The position numbers were made by a program, and so were the translations under genes. Under the pieces are notes generated by a model. The model did no database searches. It was given only the letters and a program-made list of their open reading frames with translations, and had not been told where the DNA came from. A stretch of 63,945 nucleotides of DNA, filler included, from a candidate division TA06 bacterium SM23_40 (GTDB lineage Bacteria; LJUI01; SM1-40), in assembly GCA_001303705.1 (NCBI GenBank). It is 5 parts of 5 records of this genome, joined end to end, with 100 filler letters (N's around TTAATTAATTAA, not from the genome) between each part and the next. Parts side by side here need not be neighbours in the genome. Positions count along the whole stretch, not along the records: positions 25,119 to 44,827 come from LJUI01000032.1; positions 44,928 to 52,820 come from LJUI01000157.1; 3 more parts are not named here. The stretch is one strand, 5' to 3'. Below are positions 39,727-47,619 of the stretch, piece by piece. Within the stretch, counting starts at the first letter, position 1. Every line of letters begins with the position of its first letter.

Positions 39727-41975
39727 TCAGAAAAGAAGATGCTCTCAATTACCATTCGGAGGGTCGCAGGGGCAAGATCGAGGTGCGGGCGACGAAGCCG
39801 TGCCTCACACAGCGGGATCTCTCGTTGGCGTATACGCCGGGAGTGGCTGAGCCCTGCCGGGAGATCGTCCGCGACGCACAGGAGGCGTTCACCTACACCG
39901 CGAAGGGAAACCTGGTGGCAGTTGTTTCGAACGGGACGGCTGTCCTAGGCCTGGGGAACATCGGCGCGCTTGCCGGGAAGCCGGTGATGGAAGGGAAGGG
40001 CGTCCTGTTCAAGCGGTTTGCGGACATCGATGTCTTCGATCTTGAGGTCGACACGGAGGACTCAGACGAGTTGATCCGTGTCGTTAGACTCCTCGAGCCG
40101 ACATTTGGTGGAATCAATCTCGAGGATATCAAGGCGCCCGAGTGTTTCTACATCGAGGAGACATTGAAACGGGAGATGGCGATTCCGGTCTTCCACGACG
40201 ATCAGCACGGCACGGCGATCATCTCGGGTGCCGCGCTCCTCAACGCTCTTGAGCTGGTGGGGAAGCGGATGGAAGATGTCAAGGTGGTGTACAACGGCGC
40301 AGGAGCGGCGGGGATCGCGTGCGCAGCCCTGTACATCACTCTCGGCGTCAAACCCGAGAACATGATCATGTGCGACTCGTTGGGAGTCATTTACAAGGGT
40401 CGTGAGAAGGGGATGAACCCGTACAAGGAGCGATTCGCCGTCGACACCGACCTGCGTACCCTCGAGGATGCGATGAAGGGATCAGATGTCTTCGTGGGGG
40501 TATCGGTCGCCGATGTCGTGAGCAAGAAGATGGTGCGGTCGATGGCCGATCGTCCGATCGTCTTCGCTATGGCCAACCCCGATCCGGAGATCACCTACCC
40601 GGACGCCAAGGCGGCGCGCGACGACATCATCATGGCCACGGGGAGGAGCGACTATCCGAACCAGGTGAACAATGTTCTTGGATTCCCCTTCATCTTCCGG
40701 GGGGCACTCGACGTGCGGGCCACGGCGATCAATGAGGCGATGAAGGTGGCGGCCTGCCATGCTCTCGCAGCTCTGGCGAAAGAGGGCGTGCCGGAATCGG
40801 TCTCGAAGGCTTACGGAGTGGAGGGATTCGAATTCGGGCCGGACTACATCATCCCGAAGCCCCTCGACCCCCGCGTGCTGTTATGGGAGGCCCCGGCCGT
40901 GGCCAAGGCGGCGATCGACTCCGGGGTCGCCGGGAACGAGCTCGATATGGACGTGTACCGAGAACAGCTGGAGGCGAGACTCGGCCGCTCGCGCGAGGTG
41001 ATGCGGGTCGTCATCAACAAGGCGAAGAAGTCACCGAAGCGGATCGTTTATCCTGAGGGCGACCACGAGAAGATACTGAGGGCGAGCCAGATCATCATCG
41101 ACGAGGGAATCGCTCATCCGATCTTGCTGGGAAACAAAAAAGTCATCAAGCAGAAGATCGAGGATCTGAAGCTCGATCTGCCCCGCATACAGATCTTCGA
41201 CCCATACGCGTGCGATCGGTTCGAAGATTATGCCCGTGAGTTCTACGAACTGCGCCAGCGGCACGGGGTGACGGTCCACTGGGCCCGGAAGATGATGCGC
41301 AACCGCAACTACTTCGGATCGATGATGGTCCGCATGGGGGATGCCGACGGCCTCATCTCAGGAGTGACCCAGAACTACCCGGAGACGATCCGGCCTGCCC
41401 TTCAGGTGATCAAGGTACGTGATGATGTGAGGCGCGTCTCGGGCGTGTACATGATGATCGTGAAGAACGACGTCTACTTCTTTTCCGATGCAACGGTCAA
41501 CATCGACCCGACTGCTGACGATCTCGCTGAGATCGCCATCTGCTGCGCGGAGCAGGTGAGACGGTTCGAGATCGAGCCGAGGGTGGCGATGCTCTCCTTC
41601 TCAAACTTCGGTTCGACGAAACACCCGCTTTCCGAAAAGGTGAAAAGAGCGGTGGAGATCGTGAAAGAGAGGGTTCCCGACCTCGCGATCGACGGAGAGA
41701 TGCAGGCCGATACTGCGGTCGTGCCCGAGATCATCCGGGAGCTGTACCCGTTCTGTCAGATCCCCAGTGGCGCCAACGTGCTCATCTTCCCGGACCTCCA
41801 ATCAGGAAACATCGCGTACAAGCTGCTCGCGCGGCTGGGCGGGGCAGAGGCGATCGGCCCCATCCTGATGGGGATGAGCAAACCCGTCCACGTCCTGCAA
41901 TTCGGCGGCGGCGAGGTAAAAGACGTCGTCAACATGACAGCCGTCGCCGTCGTCGACGCCCAAAACCTCACCTAA
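39723..41975 (+). CDS. maeB: NADP-dependent malic enzyme with C-terminal phosphotransacetylase-like domain
   Basis: [58 protein letters not shown] part [17 protein letters not shown]. Confidence 0.95.
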   Translation: MIRKEDALNYHSEGRRGKIEVRATKPCLTQRDLSLAYTPGVAEPCREIVRDAQEAFTYTAKGNLVAVVSNGTAVLGLGNIGALAGKPVMEGKGVLFKRFADIDVFDLEVDTEDSDELIRVVRLLEPTFGGINLEDIKAPECFYIEETLKREMAIPVFHDDQHGTAIISGAALLNALELVGKRMEDVKVVYNGAGAAGIACAALYITLGVKPENMIMCDSLGVIYKGREKGMNPYKERFAVDTDLRTLEDAMKGSDVFVGVSVADVVSKKMVRSMADRPIVFAMANPDPEITYPDAKAARDDIIMATGRSDYPNQVNNVLGFPFIFRGALDVRATAINEAMKVAACHALAALAKEGVPESVSKAYGVEGFEFGPDYIIPKPLDPRVLLWEAPAVAKAAIDSGVAGNELDMDVYREQLEARLGRSREVMRVVINKAKKSPKRIVYPEGDHEKILRASQIIIDEGIAHPILLGNKKVIKQKIEDLKLDLPRIQIFDPYACDRFEDYAREFYELRQRHGVTVHWARKMMRNRNYFGSMMVRMGDADGLISGVTQNYPETIRPALQVIKVRDDVRRVSGVYMMIVKNDVYFFSDATVNIDPTADDLAEIAICCAEQVRRFEIEPRVAMLSFSNFGSTKHPLSEKVKRAVEIVKERVPDLAIDGEMQADTAVVPEIIRELYPFCQIPSGANVLIFPDLQSGNIAYKLLARLGGAEAIGPILMGMSKPVHVLQFGGGEVKDVVNMTAVAVVDAQNLT

Positions 41976-41992
41976 CCCCGGGGACGCCCCCT

Positions 41993-42199
41993 GGGGACGT
42001 TGGTAGGTTCTGTAGGTTGTGGGGGCGTATCCACATTTTGAGGGTTATTTGTTAGGGACGTACCTCGGTTTTAAGGTCATTGGCCAGGGATGTACGTAGG
42101 TCTTGAAGGTTATTGGGAAGAGAAACCTCTTGGGCCGAGTGTGTGAGTGTTTGATTGGGGGAGCGATATCGATAACCTTCTGAGCCTACCAACGTCCCC
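41993..42199. repeat. 207-bp MITE/REPIN-like element with terminal inverted repeats and internal degenerate repeats of about 30 bp
   Basis: GGGGACGTTGGTAGGTTC (41993-42010) versus the reverse complement of GAGCCTACCAACGTCCCC (42182-42199), 17/18 match; internal GGGAYGTA..GGTYWT units. Confidence 0.6.
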
Positions 42200-42352
42200 G
42201 GCGGGGGAACTTATTGTAGTTCTTGATGTTTCTTAATTGTGGTGGGCACTCGATCTGGGGCTGCTTCTGTGCGTGGCCCCAGGAATATTCTTGCCAAGCC
42301 GGGTGGTGACGTGATAGGGTAGACGATCTGTTGATCAGTAACCTCGTCTCTC

Positions 42353-44653
42353 TTGGGACCTTCGGTGGAACAGAGGCTCAAAATCATCGTCCGTGGCGTA
42401 GTGCAGGGGGTTGGGTTTCGCCCCTTTGTCTATCGGCTCGCCCGTTCCCACGATCTCGGGGGGTATGTTGCCAATACCGATCAGGGAGTGACCATCGAGG
42501 TTCAGGGTGAGAAGGCTCGGGTGGCGGAGTTTCTCGACCGGCTGCGCACCGATCATCCCCCGCTGGCCGAGATTACGGACGTCGAGATCGCAGAGCTGCC
42601 TCTTAACTCACGGAAGGCATTCAGTATCGAGGGGAGCACCTCGGTCGGCGAAGAGGAGGCGCTCGTAACACCGGACGTCGCGACCTGCGACGACTGCCTG
42701 CGAGAGCTCCGGGATCAGGACGATCGTCGGTACCGCTATCCGTTCATCAACTGCACCAACTGCGGCCCTCGGTTCACGATCATCGCTCATCTCCCCTACG
42801 ATCGGCCGCGGACGACCATGCGCGCGTTCCGGATGTGTCCGGCCTGTGACGCAGAGTACCACGACCCTGCCGACAGGCGGTTCCATGCCCAGCCGAATGC
42901 CTGCCCTGTCTGCGGTCCCTCACTAACCTACGTGGCTGAGGACGGGAGCGAAGTGCGCGGCGCCGATCCGCTTGCTGCGGCAGTCGATGCTCTGCGCGCC
43001 GGGAAGGTGATAGCAGTGAAGGGGCTCGGTGGGGTGCACCTCGCCTGCGACGCGCGTCGCGACGATGTGGTGGCGCGGCTCCGGGCGCGGAAGGACCGGG
43101 AGGAGAAACCGCTCGCGATCATGGTCTCTGGGATGGAGGAGGTGGAGGCGCTCTGCGAGGTGTGTCCGGAAGAGCGCGCTCTCCTCGTCTCGCCGAGGCG
43201 GCCCATCGTCCTGATGAGGAAACGTCAAGGAGCAGAGATATCCGATCTCGTCGCGCCGCACCAGAAGTATCTGGGTGTGATGCTGCCATACACGCCGCTT
43301 CACCATCTGCTCCTCCGCGATTCCGGAATGGTTCTCATAATGACGAGCGGCAACAGGAGCGAGGAGCCCATCGTTCACACAAACCCCGGTGCGCTCGATC
43401 GCCTCACTTCCATCGCCGACGGCTTTCTCCTTCATGATCGAGAGATCGAGACTCGCTGCGACGACTCGGTGACGCGAGTCTGGCGCGGCAAGGAACTCAT
43501 CGTTCGGCGCTCGCGGGGATATGCTCCCCTTCCGATCGAGATGCCGGTAGGGTGTGATCGAAGCATCCTCGCCTGCGGCGGCGAGCTCAAGAATACCTTC
43601 TGTCTCACCCGCGGGTCCGAGGCGATCCTCAGCCATCACATCGGCGATCTGAAGGAGGAGCCGGCGTTCGACTCATTTGTACAGGGGATCGAGCACCTGA
43701 GACGGCTCTTCCACATCGATGTTCAGGTCGTCACCCATGATCTCCATCCCGACTATCTGTCGACGCGGTATGCGTTGTCACTCGAAGGAGTGAGGAATGT
43801 CGGGGTGCAGCATCACCATGCGCACGTGGCGAGTTGTCTGGCAGAACACGGGCGCGATGAGCCGGTCATCGGGATTTCGTTCGACGGTGCGGGGTACGGC
43901 CCGGACGGCACGATCTGGGGAGGCGAGTTCCTGATCGCCGATCTCGGTGGATATGAGCGTGCGGGGCGGCTCGCCCACCTCTCCATGCCCGGCGGCGATC
44001 GGGCGACTGAGGAGCCCTGGAGGATGGCACTCTCACTCCTGTACCGTGTCTTCGGAGAGGATCTGCCGCCGCTAAGGTGTGCTGCTGTGCGTGAGCGGGA
44101 ACGCCGGGGCTGGCCCGTGTTGGCGCGCATGATCGATGTCGGTCTCAGGACTCCCTTGACCTCGAGTGCGGGCCGGTTGTTCGATGCCGTCGCCAGCCTT
44201 GCAGGAGTGCGCGACTACATCAGTTACGAGGGCCAGGCGGCGATCGAGCTCGAGATGGCCGCCGATGAGCGCGAACCGGGCGCGTACTCGTTCGGTCTTT
44301 CCGTCGAGCCTGGAGAGGACGGCAAGGAGGTCCTCGTCGTCGACCCTGAACCCATGGTGCACGAACTCGTTTCCGATCTTCTCGCTGGACAGGAAGCCTC
44401 GATTGTTGCTGCACGATTTCATCGCGGTCTGGCACAGATCACCGGTCAGACTGCGCAGCGCATTCGCGATCGCGGCGGGCCGGGGACGGCGGTCCTGACC
44501 GGCGGGGTGTTTCAGAACATGTTCTTGTGTGAGCTTGTGGCCGGAGAACTGGAGGAGCGAGGCTTCGAGGTTCTTGTCCATAGCCGTGTTCCTCCGAACG
44601 ATGGTGGTATCTCCCTCGGCCAGGCAGCGGTGGCGGCCGTCCGGAGTCGGTGA
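42353..44653 (+). CDS. hypF: carbamoyltransferase HypF ([NiFe]-hydrogenase maturation)
   Basis: GVVQGVGFRPFVY acylphosphatase domain; CDDC..CTNCGPRF and C.AC..CPVCGP zinc fingers; VQHHHAH; PPNDGGISLGQA. Start may be GTG 42365. Confidence 0.96.
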   Translation: MGPSVEQRLKIIVRGVVQGVGFRPFVYRLARSHDLGGYVANTDQGVTIEVQGEKARVAEFLDRLRTDHPPLAEITDVEIAELPLNSRKAFSIEGSTSVGEEEALVTPDVATCDDCLRELRDQDDRRYRYPFINCTNCGPRFTIIAHLPYDRPRTTMRAFRMCPACDAEYHDPADRRFHAQPNACPVCGPSLTYVAEDGSEVRGADPLAAAVDALRAGKVIAVKGLGGVHLACDARRDDVVARLRARKDREEKPLAIMVSGMEEVEALCEVCPEERALLVSPRRPIVLMRKRQGAEISDLVAPHQKYLGVMLPYTPLHHLLLRDSGMVLIMTSGNRSEEPIVHTNPGALDRLTSIADGFLLHDREIETRCDDSVTRVWRGKELIVRRSRGYAPLPIEMPVGCDRSILACGGELKNTFCLTRGSEAILSHHIGDLKEEPAFDSFVQGIEHLRRLFHIDVQVVTHDLHPDYLSTRYALSLEGVRNVGVQHHHAHVASCLAEHGRDEPVIGISFDGAGYGPDGTIWGGEFLIADLGGYERAGRLAHLSMPGGDRATEEPWRMALSLLYRVFGEDLPPLRCAAVRERERRGWPVLARMIDVGLRTPLTSSAGRLFDAVASLAGVRDYISYEGQAAIELEMAADEREPGAYSFGLSVEPGEDGKEVLVVDPEPMVHELVSDLLAGQEASIVAARFHRGLAQITGQTAQRIRDRGGPGTAVLTGGVFQNMFLCELVAGELEERGFEVLVHSRVPPNDGGISLGQAAVAAVRSR

Positions 44654-44783
44654 ACGGTTTCCAGGGGCGAGCCGACCGCCCCACGTGATGGCCTATCCGA
44701 CCGTTAGATTTCGTAAGATCGCGCACTGTCAGGTCCGTTGCATAACCGGCCCAGAGGGTGGGCGCTAACAAGAGTCTGTGCAC

Positions 44784-44827
44784 ATGTGCCTTGCCATACC
44801 GATGAAAGTCGTTGAGATCGAGGGAGA
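44784..44827 (+). CDS. hypC: hydrogenase maturation chaperone HypC (3' partial, absent from the ORF track)
   Basis: MCLAIPMKVVEIEG, the diagnostic HypC N-terminus, downstream of hypF and cut by the contig end. Confidence 0.88.
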
Positions 44828-44927
44828 NNNNNNNNNNNNNNNNNNNNNNNNNNNNNNNNNNNNNNNNNNNNTTAATTAATTAANNNNNNNNNNNNNNNNN
44901 NNNNNNNNNNNNNNNNNNNNNNNNNNN
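44828..44927. other. artificial contig linker
   Basis: N run with TTAATTAATTAA. Confidence 0.99.
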
Positions 44928-44929
44928 CC

Positions 44930-45202
44930 CTCGTCTCCGACCGGGCCCGGAGGATTCTGGAGTCCATCTCGGAGGCGGATCTCGAAGAGGCGAATCTCCG
45001 CGACAAGGCCGTCGCGGCCTCCATCATGATCGAGAAGCGCCAGCTTCTTTCGGGCGAGCCCACCGAGATCATCGACATGCAGTCCCGCGAGCACGTCAAC
45101 GTGCTCGTCCAAGCGCTCGTCGTTGAGGCGAAGCGACGCGGGATCGACTTCGACGTGACGGGCGACGTGCCGCGTGCGATCGATGCGGAGGTGGTCCCCT
45201 GA
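44930..45202 (+). CDS. probable terminase small subunit, C-terminal part (5' partial, absent from the ORF track)
   Basis: LVSDRARRILESISEADLEEANLRDKAVAASIMIEKRQLLSGEPTEII..IDAEVVP*; lies upstream of TerL; TGA overlaps the next ATG. Confidence 0.55.
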   Translation, partial: LVSDRARRILESISEADLEEANLRDKAVAASIMIEKRQLLSGEPTEIIDMQSREHVNVLVQALVVEAKRRGIDFDVTGDVPRAIDAEVVP

Positions 45203-45534
45203 TGCCGTTTCAGGCGATGATACGGAGGAGCTACTCGAGTGGCATCGCGATCGGCCCGCCGCGCTTTGAGACGAAGACCGCCGACTACTCGATGCAGGTC
45301 TGGGACCAAGTGATCCTCGGCGACGCGACCGGCGGGGCAATCACGATCAGCCTTCCCGATCCATCGCTCAACGTCGGGCCCAACTACATCATCAAGAAGA
45401 TCGACGCCTCGGCCAATGCCGTCACGGTGAGCGCGGGCAGTGCCACGATCGACGGCTCGTCGACCTACGCGCTCTCGAGCCGGTGGGATACGCTGAGAGT
45501 CACGACTGATGGGACGTCCTGGTATGTCGTCTAG
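45202..45534 (+). CDS. small phage structural protein resembling a fibre/decoration beta-sandwich module
   Basis: DATGGAITISLP..IIKKIDASANAVTV..TIDG..L..RWDTLRVTTDGTSWYVV, a pattern usually seen in phage fibre proteins. Confidence 0.6.
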   Translation: MPFQAMIRRSYSSGIAIGPPRFETKTADYSMQVWDQVILGDATGGAITISLPDPSLNVGPNYIIKKIDASANAVTVSAGSATIDGSSTYALSSRWDTLRVTTDGTSWYVV

Positions 45535-47257
45535 GAAGCCCCAGGGATACGAGTGGATCAAGAGCAAGTCCGTGGCGGAGATCCAGCCGCGAATGCTCCA
45601 CAAGCTTCCCGATCGCGACTTCAAGGATGTGGCGCGGCGGATCTTGGCGATCCAGCAGCGCGACCGCAAGGAGAATGCGCTTCTCTACTACCAGCCGGCC
45701 TCCGAGGGCGTCCTGAAGGTCCACCAGTCGATGAGGCGCTTCCTCGGCGTCGGCGGCGGCAACGCCTCCTCGAAGACCGAGGGCTGTCTCGCCGAGATGG
45801 TGGCCTGCGCGACGGGCGTCATCCCCGAGTCGCTCCGCGACGAGCTCGACTGGAGCCGGAAGCTGAGAGGGCCTATCCAGTGCCGGCTCGTCTGCGAGTC
45901 GCTTACGACGGTTCTCTACCCCACGATCCTGCCGAAGCTCCAGTGGTTCAAGTGGACCGGGATCGATGCACCGGGCGGCGAGCGGGGCCACTGGGGCTGG
46001 GTGCCGCGGGCGTGCCTGGTGGGCGGCTCGTGGGAGAGGAGCTGGAGCGACAAGTTTCGGGTCTTGCGGATCCTCTACCGCAACCCCGACAACTGGGACG
46101 AGGTGATCGGCGAGTCGAGCATCCAGTTCTGCTCGATCGATCAGGATCCCTCGGACTTCGCCTCCGGCGAGTTCCACTACATCATGCACGACGAGCCGCC
46201 GCCGTATGCCATCTGGCGCGAGAACGAGGCGCGGGTCATGCGCGTCAACGGACGCATGGTGCTCGCGATGACCTGGCCCGACGATCCGGCGATCCCGGTG
46301 GACTGGATCTTCGACCAGATCTACGAGCCTGCCACCTCCGGCACCGATCCCGAGAAAGAGTGGATCAACCTCTTCACGACGGAGAATCGATTCATCGACC
46401 AGACGGGGATCGTGCAGCAGATGAAGACCTGGAGTCCGGAGATCGTGAAGGTCAGGATCTACGGTCAGCCGATCCGCTTCAGCAACCGCGTTCACCCGGA
46501 CTTCACCGACCAGACGCTCTGGTGGTGCTTCGACTGCAAGAAGAGTTCGGTCGTCGAGAAGGGCCGCTGTGTCAAGTGCGGCTCAGTCGACGTGATCGAC
46601 TACAATCACGTGACGCACATCGTTGCCAACCCGACCTGGCCGACTGTCTTCCTGCTCGATCCGCATCCCCGCAAGCCGCACATGTTCCAGTGGGTGCAGA
46701 TCGATCCGAAGGACGATCTCTGGCAAGTGGCCGAGGGCCAGATCGATGGCGACCCGGTGGAGCTCAAGCGCGAGTGCGATCGGATCGAGGGCGAGCTTGG
46801 GCTTCATGTGACGCAACGGCTCATCGATCCCAACATGGGGCGTAGTCCGGCCGGAGTGCGACGCAAGATCACCTGGCAGGACGAGTTCGATGCGGTGGGT
46901 CTTCACTGCGATCTTGCCGACGACTCCGATGTGGGACGTGAGCGCTTCAACGAGTACCTCAAGCCCGATGCGAGGACGCATGCGCCGAGAGTCCACATCG
47001 ATGTTGGCTGTACGACGACGATCCAGCAGATCAAACGCTACATCTGGGACGAGTACAAGCAGTCGCTCGACAAGGACCAGAAGCAGAAGCCGAAGACCAA
47101 GAATGACGACCACCCCACGCTCTGGAAGTACCTGCTGAATCAGGACCCGAGCTTCAGGCAGTCCTTTCTCGCGACCCAGTACATGTGCCACCGGGGCCAG
47201 AGGCGGGAGGAGAGCAAGCGCCCATTCGAGTACCGGAGCGTATTCGTGAGGAGGTAG
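45524..47257 (+). CDS. phage terminase large subunit
   Basis: YQP adenine-binding motif, Walker A-like GGGNASSKT, Walker B YIMHDEPPP, coupling motif AMTW, RNase H-like FLLDPH and LIDP; Zn-ribbon insert. Confidence 0.85.
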   Translation: MSSRKPQGYEWIKSKSVAEIQPRMLHKLPDRDFKDVARRILAIQQRDRKENALLYYQPASEGVLKVHQSMRRFLGVGGGNASSKTEGCLAEMVACATGVIPESLRDELDWSRKLRGPIQCRLVCESLTTVLYPTILPKLQWFKWTGIDAPGGERGHWGWVPRACLVGGSWERSWSDKFRVLRILYRNPDNWDEVIGESSIQFCSIDQDPSDFASGEFHYIMHDEPPPYAIWRENEARVMRVNGRMVLAMTWPDDPAIPVDWIFDQIYEPATSGTDPEKEWINLFTTENRFIDQTGIVQQMKTWSPEIVKVRIYGQPIRFSNRVHPDFTDQTLWWCFDCKKSSVVEKGRCVKCGSVDVIDYNHVTHIVANPTWPTVFLLDPHPRKPHMFQWVQIDPKDDLWQVAEGQIDGDPVELKRECDRIEGELGLHVTQRLIDPNMGRSPAGVRRKITWQDEFDAVGLHCDLADDSDVGRERFNEYLKPDARTHAPRVHIDVGCTTTIQQIKRYIWDEYKQSLDKDQKQKPKTKNDDHPTLWKYLLNQDPSFRQSFLATQYMCHRGQRREESKRPFEYRSVFVRR

Positions 47258-47259
47258 CG

Positions 47260-47439
47260 ATGCCCTATACGAGATTCGTGAGGCGAGGTAACAAGATCGA
47301 TGTCTACAAAGATGGCAAGGCGTTCACTAGCCACAGCCCGTCCAAGGCGGAGGCTCACAGGACGGCTGGTCTGCGGCACTCAGCCAGGAAGGGGAAGCTT
47401 CGTGTCGCGAAGCGCCGCAGCAAGAAGAGGAGACGATGA
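47260..47439 (+). CDS. small basic phage protein (59 aa)
   Basis: GAGGAGG RBS; MPYTRFVRRGNK..KRRSKKRRR; stop overlaps the next ATG. Confidence 0.65.
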   Translation: MPYTRFVRRGNKIDVYKDGKAFTSHSPSKAEAHRTAGLRHSARKGKLRVAKRRSKKRRR

Positions 47440-47606
47440 TGGTACTCATTCGCAAGCGCAAGAAGAAGCCGGCAGGCAAGAAGAATCCGGAAGGCAAGAA
47501 GACCAACAAGAAGCCTTACAGGCCGATCAACCCACACATGCGAAAGCTGCTCAGGCAGGCTGAAGAAGCCGAGGTCCAACCGAAGAGGAAGGGGCGGCCT
47601 CGCTAG
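47436..47606 (+). CDS. small Lys-rich phage protein (56 aa, absent from the ORF track)
   Basis: AGAGGAG RBS, ATGA coupling; MMVLIRKRKKKPAGKK..PKRKGRPR*; fills the gap up to the portal RBS. Confidence 0.6.
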   Translation: MMVLIRKRKKKPAGKKNPEGKKTNKKPYRPINPHMRKLLRQAEEAEVQPKRKGRPR

Positions 47607-47619
47607 CAAAGGAGAAGCC

